Shown here one piece after another: positions 29,536 to 39,398 of a DNA stretch of 64,000 bases. The notes under the pieces were generated by a model. That model saw only the letters and a list, made by a program, of their open reading frames with translations. It had not been told where the DNA came from and searched no databases. The first letter of the stretch is position 1, and each line of letters starts with the position of its first letter. Made by a program: the position numbers and the translations under genes. Source of the DNA: Acidimicrobiia bacterium (GTDB taxonomy: Bacteria; Acidobacteriota; Vicinamibacteria; Vicinamibacterales; SCN-69-37); contig BTVE01000001.1 in NCBI GenBank assembly GCA_045862915.1, forward strand, positions 4,320-68,319, given 5' to 3'.

Positions 29536-31974
29536 TCACTGCCGAAGGGCGGTCAGGGGATTGACCCGCGCGGCACGCATGGACGGCACACCGGACGCGA
29601 CGAGCCCGGCACCAAGCAGAATGACGGTCACCAGTGCGAACGTCCACGGATCCTGCGGTGCCACGCCGAACAACAAGCCGGCGAGAAGGCGCCCCACCAG
29701 CACGGACAAAGCCACGCCAACGCCGACACCTACGGCCAGCGTTCTCAGGCCTTCACCAAGCACCAGTGCCACGATCTGCCGTGAACTCGCACCGATGGCC
29801 ATGCGCACGCCAATCTCACGCGTACGTCGGGCCACGTTGTTGGCCAGCACCGAGTAGATGCCGAGCACCGCGAGAAGTCCGGCCGCTCCGCCATACACGC
29901 CAGACAGCGATGCGTACAGACGCGCATCGCGATATTGCAGCCCCAGCTCATCTTCCATCGTCGAAATCCAATGTTGCGGCGATGTCGGAGCCAGGCCCCC
30001 GAGGGCCCGCGACAACGGTGCAATGAGCGACGCCGGCGCAACGTTCGTGTGCACCGCGATCGACAAGGCGCCAGGCCCGCCGCGTTCGATCGGCACGTAT
30101 ACGTCGTAGTCGGCGGGTCGCGGCTGCAGCGGACCGTGGTACTGCACGTCGTTCACGACGCCGACGATGGTGAACGACTCGGCGAGCGCGACTCGAGGCA
30201 TGACCGCGGCAATGCTCTGGCCTACAGCATCGTGGCCGGTCGCATCAGCCACCCGTCGGGCCAGCGACTGACTGACCAGTGCCCCGGTCGCATCCGCCGA
30301 CCGGTCCGCAAGGTCGAGATCGCGACCGCTGACCACCGCCATCCCCATGACCGACAGGTACTCCGCATCCACGGCATGGCGGCCGACGTCGCGCAACTGC
30401 ACGTCAGGCGCAATCGCGATGTCGGTCGTTTCGTCGAACCACGGCTGCAGCACACCAGCCATCACAGACGTGTTCCGTACGCCGGGCTGTCCGTTGAACG
30501 CGCGACGGATGTCGTCGGCCAGGGCGACGCGAGCCTCGGTCGTGGTGAACACGTTGGGATCAGGACTCACGGCCATGCGCAACAACTCGGTGGTGCGGTA
30601 TCCCAGGTCGTTCCGAACCAGGTTCTGATAGGTGCGGGCAAGCAGTGCAGCGCCGGTCAGCAAGACAAACGTGAACGCGACTTGCGCCACCACAAGCACT
30701 TGCCCGTAGCGCCGCTGCCGGCGTCCCAGGCTCACTCTTGTTGCCGCCTCTGGCAGAGCGAGCTGGTGCTGGGCGTTTGCGCCCAGGCGCGCAGGCAACA
30801 CACCGAACACGAGGCCGGTCAGCAGGACGAGGGCGACGCCCACGGCAGCGGTCGCAGGGCTCATGCTCAGGTCAACATAGGTCGGCAACACAAACACACC
30901 GGAGGATGCAAAGGCGCGGATCGCCCCGGCTGCGAGTGTGATGCCGGCGGCGCCGCCCATCCCTGCAAGCAGGAGGCTCTCAAACAACAGCTGCCGCACC
31001 ATCCGGCGTCGCGGCGCACCAAGTGCTGCGCGCACTCGCAATTCGTTCTCGCGCTGCGCGAGTCGGGCCAGCAGCAGCGTCGCGACGTTCGTGCAGGCAA
31101 TCACCAGCAACAGGCCCGCGGCGGCGAGCAACGTGTAGAGGCTCAGCCGGAAGCGGGCCCGCCAGCTTTCGCCGAAGGGCTCAGCCACAAGCGTGACGCG
31201 GTCGTATGCGTCCGGATAGTCACGTGCCAGTGTGGCCGCGACGGCAGAGACGTCGGCTCTGGCCTGATCGAGCGTGACGCCTGGACGCAGGCGTGCCAGC
31301 ACCCAGGTAGCGCGAGACAGGCGGTCGCGCATCAGCGGCGCCGGCTCGTAGTGCGCGACCGGCACCCAGAAGTCGGAGACATCTGGATCCACGGTGCCCA
31401 CAAACCCCGGCGGCATGACGCCAACGATGGTGCGGACACTCTCCTGTGCCTGGCGCGATGCCGGCCGCGTGCGGAAGGCCTGCCCGACGATATCGGCGCG
31501 TCCACCGAAGCGGCGCTGCCACAAGTCGTAGCTGATGAGGACCGGTCGATCGGCATCGGCCTCGTACTCCCGCGCATCAAACAGCCGCCCCACATGCACC
31601 CGAGCGCCGATGAGGGCGAAATATCCCGGCGTCACTGATTCGCCACGAACACGCTCGGTGCCCGACTCCGTCGTCACGGCGAGGCGCGTGCGTGAGGCGC
31701 TTTCGATCGCGTCAAAGCTGCGCGTCCGTTCACGCAGGTCGAGCACTTCCGGGTACGAGATGTCGGCCGTTTCCTGCGTCGCGGTCTGTGAGGTCCAGAC
31801 GCGCACGAGGCGGTCGGCGTGCGGCATCGGCGGTGCCGACAACAGGACCATGTCCACCAGTGTGGTCATGAAGATGGCGGCCCCGAGTCCGATGGCCGCG
31901 CACAGAACAGCAGTCAGCGTCAGCCGCGGCGTCGCCCGCAGGCTGCGCCAGCCGTACAACAGGTCATGCAGCAT
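29536..31974 (-). CDS. ADOP-family duplicated permease, no N-terminal prefix, no PadR directly upstream
   Basis: 812 aa. WRSLRATPRLT at aa ~9-19, two FtsX blocks and C-terminal MRAARVNPLTALRQ. Confidence 0.9.
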   Translation of the reverse strand: MLHDLLYGWRSLRATPRLTLTAVLCAAIGLGAAIFMTTLVDMVLLSAPPMPHADRLVRVWTSQTATQETADISYPEVLDLRERTRSFDAIESASRTRLAVTTESGTERVRGESVTPGYFALIGARVHVGRLFDAREYEADADRPVLISYDLWQRRFGGRADIVGQAFRTRPASRQAQESVRTIVGVMPPGFVGTVDPDVSDFWVPVAHYEPAPLMRDRLSRATWVLARLRPGVTLDQARADVSAVAATLARDYPDAYDRVTLVAEPFGESWRARFRLSLYTLLAAAGLLLVIACTNVATLLLARLAQRENELRVRAALGAPRRRMVRQLLFESLLLAGMGGAAGITLAAGAIRAFASSGVFVLPTYVDLSMSPATAAVGVALVLLTGLVFGVLPARLGANAQHQLALPEAATRVSLGRRQRRYGQVLVVAQVAFTFVLLTGAALLARTYQNLVRNDLGYRTTELLRMAVSPDPNVFTTTEARVALADDIRRAFNGQPGVRNTSVMAGVLQPWFDETTDIAIAPDVQLRDVGRHAVDAEYLSVMGMAVVSGRDLDLADRSADATGALVSQSLARRVADATGHDAVGQSIAAVMPRVALAESFTIVGVVNDVQYHGPLQPRPADYDVYVPIERGGPGALSIAVHTNVAPASLIAPLSRALGGLAPTSPQHWISTMEDELGLQYRDARLYASLSGVYGGAAGLLAVLGIYSVLANNVARRTREIGVRMAIGASSRQIVALVLGEGLRTLAVGVGVGVALSVLVGRLLAGLLFGVAPQDPWTFALVTVILLGAGLVASGVPSMRAARVNPLTALRQ

Positions 31975-31980
31975 GCCCGG

Positions 31981-32002
31981 TTTGTAACACGGGCAACGTG
32001 TT
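31981..32002 (-). promoter_or_regulatory. Inverted repeat AACACG-N5-CGTGTT abutting a TACAAA -10-like box 6 nt before ATG 31974
   Basis: IR at 31986-32002. Minus-strand TACAAA at 31986-31981, then 6 nt, then the ATG. Confidence 0.3.
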
Positions 32003-32016
32003 CGGAGGCGGGACGC

Positions 32017-33129
32017 CTACCAGCGCCAGTCGGCGACAAAGATGTTCGTGTCGCCTTCCTTCGCGCCCAGCCTGTTCGACGCGAAGATCAGCTTCGTGCC
32101 GTCAGGCGAGAACATCGGGAAGCCGTCGAACGTGTCGTTGAACGTGACCTGCTCGAGCCCGGTGCCGTCGACGTTGATCAGGAAGATGTCAAAGTTGCGG
32201 CCGCGCGGATCGTGGTGGTTGGACGCAAAGATGATCTTCGTGCCGTCGGGTGAAAAGAACGGTGCAAAGGCTGCCGCGCCGAGCTTGGTCACCTGACGCA
32301 CGTTGCCGCCGTCACGGTTCATCGTGAAGAGCTCGACCGACGTCGGACGCCAGAGCGCCTGCTTCAGAAGGGAAAAATATTCCTCGAGCTCTGCGCCAGG
32401 CTCTGGATGGCGGCCGCGCCAGACGATCTGGCTGCCGTCGGCCGAGAAAAACGCGCCGCCGTCCGGGCCCGGCATGTTCGTGAGACGACGGACGTCGGAA
32501 CCATCCCCGTTCATGGAGTAGATCTCCATGTCGCCATCCCGAACGCTGGTGAACACGATACGGCCGTCGGGTCCGATCGTCGCCTCCGCGTCATACCCGG
32601 GCGTGTTGGTCAGCTGCACCGGGTTGGATCCGTCCGGATTGGCCTTGAAGATGTCGTAGGAGTCGTAGACGGCCCAGACATACCCCTGACGCATGTCGGG
32701 CCGCGGCGGGCAGGCCTCGCCGGCAAGGTGTGTGGACCCGTAGAGCAGGGCGTCGTTGCCGGGATAGATATACGCGCACGTCGTGGCGCCCTTGCCGGTG
32801 CTGACCAGGCGACGATCCGACCCGTCGGGCTTCATCGTGTAGATCTGATCGCACTGCTGGTCGCCATCCATGCTCTGGAAGCTGATCAGGCTGCCGTCGT
32901 GTGACCAGTACGCCTCCGCGTTCTGGCCGCTGAAGGTGAGCTGTCTGATGTTCGAGAGGTGCGGCTCCGGCGCGCTGGGGCCGGGCACAACCGCAGCCGG
33001 AGGCGCCGCCTGGCTCGGCTGTGGTGCTTCACTGCCGCTGCACGCCTGCGTTGCGGCCACCACCAGGGTGACGCCCATGACCAATGCCGTGAACCGGCGA
33101 GTACCTGTCTGCATCGAAGTCGCTACCAT
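32017..33129 (-). CDS. TolB-like / PD40 (WD40-like) beta-propeller repeat protein, probably lipoprotein or secreted
   Basis: Repeated PD40 motifs (FSPDG..I.F, WSHDGS, IGPDGRIVFTS, FFSADGSQIVW, FSPDGTK x2). N-terminal signal with Cys. Confidence 0.8.
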   Translation of the reverse strand: MVATSMQTGTRRFTALVMGVTLVVAATQACSGSEAPQPSQAAPPAAVVPGPSAPEPHLSNIRQLTFSGQNAEAYWSHDGSLISFQSMDGDQQCDQIYTMKPDGSDRRLVSTGKGATTCAYIYPGNDALLYGSTHLAGEACPPRPDMRQGYVWAVYDSYDIFKANPDGSNPVQLTNTPGYDAEATIGPDGRIVFTSVRDGDMEIYSMNGDGSDVRRLTNMPGPDGGAFFSADGSQIVWRGRHPEPGAELEEYFSLLKQALWRPTSVELFTMNRDGGNVRQVTKLGAAAFAPFFSPDGTKIIFASNHHDPRGRNFDIFLINVDGTGLEQVTFNDTFDGFPMFSPDGTKLIFASNRLGAKEGDTNIFVADWRW

Positions 33130-33149
33130 AGCGCGACGATCATACCTCC

Positions 33150-34229
33150 ATGCCCCGCCGGATCATCCACGTCGACATGGACGCGTTTTACGCGTCGGTG
33201 GAACTGCGCGACCGCCCGGATCTGCGCGGCAAGCCACTGGTCGTCGGCGGGTCGCCCGATTCGCGCGGGGTCGTAGCCGCAGCCTCCTACGAGGCCCGGA
33301 AATACGGGGTGCGGTCGGCCATCCCGATGTCCCGCGCCGTCAGACTCTGCCCGCACCTGGTGATCATCCGCCCGAACTTCACGAAGTATCGGGCGGTCTC
33401 GCAGCAGGTCTTCGAGATCTTCCGGTCCGTCACGCCGCTGGTGGAAGGGCTGTCGCTCGATGAGGCGTACCTGGACGTCACTGAAAACAGCTGGAACGAA
33501 CCGCTCGGCATGACGGTCGCGCGACGGATCAAGGCGCTCATCCGCGAACAGACCGGCCTCACGGCGTCGGCAGGCGTGGCGCCGAACAAGTTCCTCGCGA
33601 AGATTGCCTCCGGCTGGCGCAAGCCCGACGGCCTCACCGTCGTCGCACCCGAGCGCGTCGAAACCTTCCTGCAGCAGCTGCCCGTCGATGCGTTGTGGGG
33701 TGTCGGCCCGGTCACCGCGGAACGGCTCCGCGAGCGCGGCATCACCCGCCTGCTCGATGTGCGCACGGCCAACCCGGCGGACCTTCGCGCCGCCGTCGGA
33801 AGTCATACCGAGTGGCTGCTGAAGTTGTCGCGGGGCGAGGACAACCGCCCGGTGCAGCCCAATCGTCCAGCCAAATCGTCATCAAGTGAGCGCACCTACG
33901 CCGAAGACCTGACCGACATGGGAAGAATCCGCGAAGAAATCACATGGATGGCCCGTGCAACGGCCGACTGGCTTGCCAAACGCGAGCTGATGGCCCGGAC
34001 GGTCACGATCAAAGTGCGGTACGAGAACTTCGACACAGTCACCCGCAGCCACAGCGCCGAACCCACCCGCGATGGCGACGCCATCGTCGCGCGCGCCCTG
34101 GCGTTGCTGCAGAAGACCGATGCGGGCACTCGTCCGGTCCGCCTGCTGGGCGCAGGCGTCCACAACTTTGCCGGCCAGGCGGACGTGGACCCGGACGATG
34201 ACCGCTGGCCGCTGTTGCGGAATCTGTAG
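33150..34229 (+). CDS. dinB: DNA polymerase IV
   Basis: IIHVDMDAFYASVE, SLDEAYLDVT, ASAGVAPNKFLAKIAS. Length 359 aa. Confidence 0.95.
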   Translation: MPRRIIHVDMDAFYASVELRDRPDLRGKPLVVGGSPDSRGVVAAASYEARKYGVRSAIPMSRAVRLCPHLVIIRPNFTKYRAVSQQVFEIFRSVTPLVEGLSLDEAYLDVTENSWNEPLGMTVARRIKALIREQTGLTASAGVAPNKFLAKIASGWRKPDGLTVVAPERVETFLQQLPVDALWGVGPVTAERLRERGITRLLDVRTANPADLRAAVGSHTEWLLKLSRGEDNRPVQPNRPAKSSSSERTYAEDLTDMGRIREEITWMARATADWLAKRELMARTVTIKVRYENFDTVTRSHSAEPTRDGDAIVARALALLQKTDAGTRPVRLLGAGVHNFAGQADVDPDDDRWPLLRNL

Positions 34230-34235
34230 AACCGT

Positions 34236-34646
34236 TTACTTCCGCGGTGTCCGTCGGCCGTTGTGGCACGTCACGCAGGTGACGCGCCCGCCGTCGTTAC
34301 CGGGAACAGCCTTGTCGAGGGCTGCGTTGATTTGTTCGACCAACCGCATCATCACCCGCGCAGTGTTCTTCGCTTTCTTGTCGTCAGACACGAAGTCGAA
34401 GGTCGTCAGGGGCTGACCGTCCACACCGACATGGCAGTGGTCACACCGGACGCCGAGCGACTGCGTCATCTGTTTCATCAGGTCGATGACCGCAGGCACC
34501 GGCGCGTCCTTCGGCAGAATCTGGAGATTGACCAGCCGGGCGGGTGGAAAGGCGCCCTGCTGCTCGCTGGGAGATGCGGTCGTGACGACGGCGGTGGTCA
34601 GACCACACACGGCCGCGCTGATCAGGAGTCGGGAGATACGCGTCAT
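34236..34646 (-). CDS. Small secreted di-haem c-type cytochrome (reaction-centre cytochrome c subunit-like family)
   Basis: Two CXXCH motifs (CDHCH, CVTCH). Signal peptide from ATG 34646. No photosynthesis genes nearby. Confidence 0.7.
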   Translation of the reverse strand: MTRISRLLISAAVCGLTTAVVTTASPSEQQGAFPPARLVNLQILPKDAPVPAVIDLMKQMTQSLGVRCDHCHVGVDGQPLTTFDFVSDDKKAKNTARVMMRLVEQINAALDKAVPGNDGGRVTCVTCHNGRRTPRK

Positions 34647-34884
34647 GCCGGTCAGACTGGGCGTTCGGCCTCCGAAGATCAATGAGAGAACGCTGAGATT
34701 TTGCGGAAGAAGCGTGGTCTGTTGAACCTGGTCCCGCGTCTGACAGGGTGCGGTCCCACGTTCGGAACAGCCCGCCGCAGCCTCGGCGGCGAAGGGCTGC
34801 CGCTGCGGCCCGTTCCCTCAGGCACGGATCCTGCTGTCCTGCTCGGCGCGGCCGGACGCGGTGTCCGCGCTGAGACTGGAGTAG

Positions 34885-35319
34885 ATGACCATGATTGCGA
34901 TGTTGGCAGTGACGGCAATGTTGGTAATGGGAGCGCCGGATCAGGCCTCCGAACAGGCGGCAGTGCACCAGGCCGCCCTCGACTATGTCGAGGCGTTGTA
35001 CCTGGCAGACCCCACCCGGATCGAGCGGAGCGTGCATCCGCAATTGACAAAACGGGGATTCATGCGGCGTCCGACAGGCGAATACGGCCCAATGGGCACG
35101 ATGACGTATGCCCAGCTGCTGGCGCTGGCCGGCGAGTGGAACGCCAACGGCAAACGCGATACCTCCATCAAGAAGGTCGAAGTGCTTGATGTGCTCGACC
35201 ACACCGCAGTCGCGAAGATCACGGCGCAGTGGGGCATCGACTACATGCAGCTGGCGAAGTTTGATGGTCGATGGATGATTGTCAACATCGTCTGGCAGAC
35301 ACACCCACCGGTCCGTTGA
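34885..35319 (+). CDS. NTF2-fold protein (putative lumazine-binding family), secreted
   Basis: Signal-like N-terminus. ..ALDYVEALYLADPTRIERSVHP.. ...DGRWMIVNIVW pattern. SD GGAG upstream. Confidence 0.65.
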   Translation: MTMIAMLAVTAMLVMGAPDQASEQAAVHQAALDYVEALYLADPTRIERSVHPQLTKRGFMRRPTGEYGPMGTMTYAQLLALAGEWNANGKRDTSIKKVEVLDVLDHTAVAKITAQWGIDYMQLAKFDGRWMIVNIVWQTHPPVR

Positions 35320-35323
35320 GGTG

Positions 35324-36505
35324 TCACCGTGCTGAATTCGCTGAGAACCCCGATGATACGTCGGTGAGAAATGCCGGCATCAACCGGAGCTGCTTCAGTG
35401 CCGGATGCACGAAAGCGAATGTCGCATCGGGCTCGCGCCCATCGATGGCCATGCGAAGGCTGGCCAGCGCCTCGTCGGTCCGGCCCAGTCTCGCCTGCAA
35501 TGTCGCCCGCAGGAACCAGGTGCCCGGTTTCGATTCGCGCGTCGAGATATCCAGCATGCGTTGCCAGGTCGTCGTGTGATCGGCGCCCAATTCGGCCTCG
35601 GCGGCGATCTGGCACAGCCGCATGGGGCCGGCACCCACCGCGACGGACGTGGCCTGGCGGCATGTGGCCAGCGCCGCGGCGGCGTCCCCTCCAAACAACT
35701 GCGCCCAGCCGAGCGTCACCAGCGCCCGCGTCGACGCCGGGTGCGCCGCCAGCGCGCGACGCGCGTACGAGATGGCTTCGTCGGATCGCCCCTGCGACGC
35801 CCTGAGCCGGCTCATTGAAATCAGCGCCACCTCCTGGTTCGGATCCAGTTGCAGTGCGCGGCCGAACGCGCGTTCGGCATCTGACCAGTCCCAGCGATCG
35901 TTGAGGGCCACGAAGCCGTGCGCGGCATGCGCATCGGCGATTCGTGTGTCCGGGCTGACCGAAGGAGCCGCCGCCACGCTCCTGGCGAGTGATCCGTATG
36001 CGACGGACAGACCCACGACCAGCAGCGCCATCACGGCCAGCGCAATCGGCATCCACCCCGGGGTCGCAGGTGCGGCCACGACATCGACCGCAGCTGGGGC
36101 GCCGTCAACGGGCGAGGACGGATGGACGGGCGCGACGAATCGATAGCCCCGGCGCGGTACCGTTTGAATGAACGTCGGCTTGGCGGCATCGTCGCCCAGG
36201 GCCAGACGGAGTTGCCGAATGCTGAAGTTGAGGCCGGCGTCAAAGTCGACGTAGGCGTCATTGCCCCAGAGCGCTTCGCGAAGGTCGTCGCGCGTGACCA
36301 GTGCGCCGGCGCGTCGAACCAGCACGGCCAGGATCGTGAATTGCTGCGGCGGCAGTTTGACCGGCACCGCCCCTCGGCTCAGCTGGGCTGCGCGGAGGTC
36401 CAGTTCGAAGTCGCCGAACGTCAGGCGGTCGGAGTGACAGAATTCCGGAGTATTGGTGTTCATTTCCACCATGGCCATGCGTCCCCTGCTCGGAGTGTCG
36501 CTCAT
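35324..36505 (-). CDS. CadC-like transcriptional regulator (OmpR/PhoB-type wHTH, TM, TPR-like C-terminal domain)
   Basis: FGDFELDLRAAQLSRGAVPVKLPPQQFTILAVLV...TVPRRGYRFV, one TM, helical repeats. Start ambiguous (ATG at 36505, 36478, 36472 or 36463). Confidence 0.75.
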   Translation of the reverse strand: MSDTPSRGRMAMVEMNTNTPEFCHSDRLTFGDFELDLRAAQLSRGAVPVKLPPQQFTILAVLVRRAGALVTRDDLREALWGNDAYVDFDAGLNFSIRQLRLALGDDAAKPTFIQTVPRRGYRFVAPVHPSSPVDGAPAAVDVVAAPATPGWMPIALAVMALLVVGLSVAYGSLARSVAAAPSVSPDTRIADAHAAHGFVALNDRWDWSDAERAFGRALQLDPNQEVALISMSRLRASQGRSDEAISYARRALAAHPASTRALVTLGWAQLFGGDAAAALATCRQATSVAVGAGPMRLCQIAAEAELGADHTTTWQRMLDISTRESKPGTWFLRATLQARLGRTDEALASLRMAIDGREPDATFAFVHPALKQLRLMPAFLTDVSSGFSANSAR

Positions 36506-37564
36506 CTGCCTGTTCGGGTGCGGACAGGGTTCACCGACGCAGCCCGTCTCCCCAACGGACGCACGAGTCGGAGTGATGACACAGCTCTTGAACACCTGGG
36601 CGAGCGGTCCCGGTCACCATGGCGTCAGTGCCGCAGCGGTGTTTGCCGACGGCACGGTGTGGTCGGCGGCCGCAGGGCGGCCGGCCTGTCCGAGTCGCTG
36701 CAGCAATCCCATCTGATTGCCATCGGCAGTATCACCAAGACGATGACGGCGGCCGTCGTGCTGCAGCTGGCCGCCGAAGGCCGACTGGGGCTCGATGACC
36801 CGATCGCGAAACACCTGCCGCCACGGTTGTACGTGAGCCCCGACATCACCATTCGACAACTCCTGAACCACACCAGCGGCGTGGCTAACTACACGGGCAC
36901 CTCAGGCCTCAGCCAGCTGATCGCGGCGTCGCCCGGTCATGTCTTCACGGCTGATGAGTTGTTGAACGTGATCGGACCTCCGCGCTTTTTGCCCGGCACG
37001 GCGACGGAGTACACGAACACCGCGTTCCTGCTGGCCGGTCAAGTGGCTGAACGGGTCGGCGGCACCACCATCGCCGAGCTCTACCGATCGCGGCTGTGGC
37101 TGCCGACGGGCCTGACCGCGACCTGGCTGCCTGGGTATGGCAGAGCCCCCGGGCCGGTGGCCATGTCCCTGTCGTCTGAAGGACTCATCGCACCCACCGA
37201 CCGCATGGAGGTGTTGTCGGTGGGACAGAGTGCCTTTGGTGTGATGGCCACGGCGTCCGACGTGGCCCGGTGGGGGCACGCACTGTTCACCGGGTCGGTG
37301 GTCTCAGGAGGCATGCAGTCGGAAATGCGCACGCTCGAGCCGGCCGCCGGGAACATCCCGGGTGAATCCGGCTCGGGTCTTGGCATCAGAGCGTACGACT
37401 ACCTCGGGCGATCCCAGCTGGGTCACAGCGGAGCCTCGGCGTTCGGCAACAGTCTGCTCCTGCACGACATCGGCGCGCGCGTCACCGTTGTGGTGCTGAT
37501 GAACCAGGCCAGCGGCGCCGATCACTTCGTGCTGGGGCCGGCGTTGCTTGAGCTCGCGCTCTGA
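36471..37564 (+). pseudogene. Serine hydrolase / class C beta-lactamase-family lipoprotein interrupted by a frameshift near 36675-36686
   Basis: N-terminus (MAMRPLLGVSLICLFGCGQ lipobox, ..AAVFADGTVWSAAAG) is in frame 0 and stops at 36714. The SITK active-site motif and the rest are in frame 2. The junction is a G/C run, gggcggccggcc. Confidence 0.7.
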
Positions 37565-38082
37565 ATCCCGCGTGCCGGACGGGACGTCGACCGGTCATCG
37601 AGCGTCATCCCATCCACGTAGTGCAGGACGGCCATCGTGCGGCTCGACTCCGGGTGACGCCCGAACAACCGTTCCAGCGTCATACGCGCCTCGGTCAAGG
37701 CTACCGGGGTTTCGGCGGCGGCGATCTTCATCAAGACGGTCTCCTCTTCGGCCCCACCTGCGTCGTGGGCCCGGTGTCCTTCGGGGCGGCGTGCGCGGTC
37801 GCGGAGACGGTTCAGACAGACATTGGTCGCCATGCGGAACAACAGGCTCGAGGGGTACTCCCCGTTGAGCCGTTCGCGGCGTTCAACGAGCCGGACGAAC
37901 ACATCCTGGCTGGCATCCAGCGCTTCCGCATCGTCGCGCAGCAGCCGCCGACACCGGCGGATCACCATCGGTCCGTACCTCCGGCACAAGGTGCCGACGT
38001 CCAAGGCCTCGGTCATGCTGCTGGTGGAACACCAAGGGGCGGGCAAAGTGTCACCGGCCATTCGACGAAGGGGCATGCCCAC
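37522..38082 (-). CDS. ECF-type RNA polymerase sigma-70 family factor (region 4 atypical)
   Basis: Region 2 is DASQDVFVRLVERRERL...LFRMATNVCLNRLRD. The C-terminal 25 aa do not resemble a sigma-4 HTH. 43-nt convergent overlap with the hydrolase. Confidence 0.75.
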   Translation of the reverse strand: MGMPLRRMAGDTLPAPWCSTSSMTEALDVGTLCRRYGPMVIRRCRRLLRDDAEALDASQDVFVRLVERRERLNGEYPSSLLFRMATNVCLNRLRDRARRPEGHRAHDAGGAEEETVLMKIAAAETPVALTEARMTLERLFGRHPESSRTMAVLHYVDGMTLDDRSTSRPARGIQSASSSNAGPSTK

Positions 38083-38129
38083 GTTGGACGAGCCTGCTCA
38101 GCCAGGCGTGGCCACGGTTGCGGAATCTG

Positions 38130-38135
38130 TAGACT
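38130..38135 (+). promoter_or_regulatory. TAGACT -10-like box 9 nt upstream of regB-like ATG
   Basis: Read directly. The same hexamer sits just upstream of four other starts in the window. Confidence 0.3.
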
Positions 38136-38144
38136 TGACGAACG

Positions 38145-39389
38145 ATGGCCAGCCAGACCGCACGCGCCCTGATCGCCCTCCCGTGGCTGCTGCGGGTGCG
38201 ATGGGTCATGGTGGCAGGCCAGGCCGTCATCGTTGCCATTGCCAACCTGGGTGTCGGCATCGACGTGCCGGTGAAGGTGCTGGCGCCGCTCATCCTGGCG
38301 TCGGCCGTCAGCAATCTGGTGGCGTACCTGCTGAGACAGCGACTGTCTGCGGCGCACCTGGGTGGATCGCTGCTGCTGTTCGACGTGGTGCAGCTCACCG
38401 GGCTGCTGTCGGTCACGGGCGGACCGTTGAATCCGTTCTCGATGATCTTCCTCGTGTACATCACGCTGGCCGCGGTTGTGCTCGGGGCGCGGTGGACGTG
38501 GACGATTGCCACGGCAGCCGCACTCGGGTTCGCAGCCTTGTTCGTGATGCCGGGCAACGAACACAGCGCGCTCGCCCATGCGTTCGCCGGCGAACTCGGC
38601 GGTCACCTCCAGGGCATGTGGTGGGCCTTTGCCGCAGCCGCTGCCCTGACGGCACTCTTTGTCGTGCGACTCTCACGCGAAATTGACGACCGCGATCGCG
38701 AGCTTGCTGCCGCGCAGGCGCGCGCCGCCCGCACCGAACGCCTGGCGTCACTCACGACACTTGCGGCCGGCGCCGCACATGAACTTGGCACGCCGCTGGC
38801 CACCATTGCGGTCGCCGCAGGCGAGTTGGAGCGCACCCTCGCGGACGCCAACCTGCCGGATGCGCTCGATGATGCGCGGCTGATCAGGGCGCAACTCGAT
38901 CGCGCGCGGGACATCCTGAACCGCCTGGGCCGACGTGCCGGCGATCCCCCTGGAGAAATGCCGCAACGGATGTCGGTCACTGACCTCGTGGGTCGGGCAC
39001 TGACGCTGGTACCTGGCGACCCTCGGCAGGTCGATGTGCGGCTACATGCCGACGCATTCCTGGACGGTCCTCCAGGCGGTTTGTCGGAGGCGATTGCCGG
39101 ACTGATTCGTAATGCGATCGACGCGGGCGCCAGCGCGGTCTCGGTGACTGCCTCGGTCGATCAGCGTCTTGTCACGATTGTGGTGCAGGACACCGGCGCG
39201 GGCATCCCGGCAGACGTGCTGGCACATGTCGGCGAGCCCTTCTTCACGACGAAGTCCCCGGGCGCCGGCCTCGGTCTTGGAGTCTTCCTGGCGCGGCTCC
39301 TCGCCAACGAACTCGGCGGCGACCTCACGCTCACATCGACGCCTGGAAGCGGCACCACCGCCACCCTGCGTCTGCCGTCAGCGGGATAA
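38145..39389 (+). CDS. regB: RegB/PrrB/ActS-type sensor histidine kinase
   Basis: Multi-TM N-terminus containing GGPLNPF (matches the GGXXNPF quinone site, nt 38418-38438). H-box AAHELGTPLATI. G-boxes DTGAGI and GAGLGLG. No cysteine in the protein. Confidence 0.8.
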   Translation: MASQTARALIALPWLLRVRWVMVAGQAVIVAIANLGVGIDVPVKVLAPLILASAVSNLVAYLLRQRLSAAHLGGSLLLFDVVQLTGLLSVTGGPLNPFSMIFLVYITLAAVVLGARWTWTIATAAALGFAALFVMPGNEHSALAHAFAGELGGHLQGMWWAFAAAAALTALFVVRLSREIDDRDRELAAAQARAARTERLASLTTLAAGAAHELGTPLATIAVAAGELERTLADANLPDALDDARLIRAQLDRARDILNRLGRRAGDPPGEMPQRMSVTDLVGRALTLVPGDPRQVDVRLHADAFLDGPPGGLSEAIAGLIRNAIDAGASAVSVTASVDQRLVTIVVQDTGAGIPADVLAHVGEPFFTTKSPGAGLGLGVFLARLLANELGGDLTLTSTPGSGTTATLRLPSAG

Positions 39390-39398
39390 TGTGGGTCG

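Noticed and set aside
34214-34230. 17-nt exact repeat GTTGCGGAATCTGTAGA at 34214-34230 (dinB 3' end) and 38117-38133 (upstream of regB).
   Set aside because: The expected number of chance 17-mer matches in a 64-kb biased-composition window is not negligible (order 0.1-1). One copy is coding and the other is promoter, with no flanking similarity.
34236-34646. The reaction-centre-type cytochrome c as evidence for phototrophy.
   Set aside because: It is a single small di-haem protein with no puf/puh/bch genes nearby. This family also occurs in non-phototrophs.
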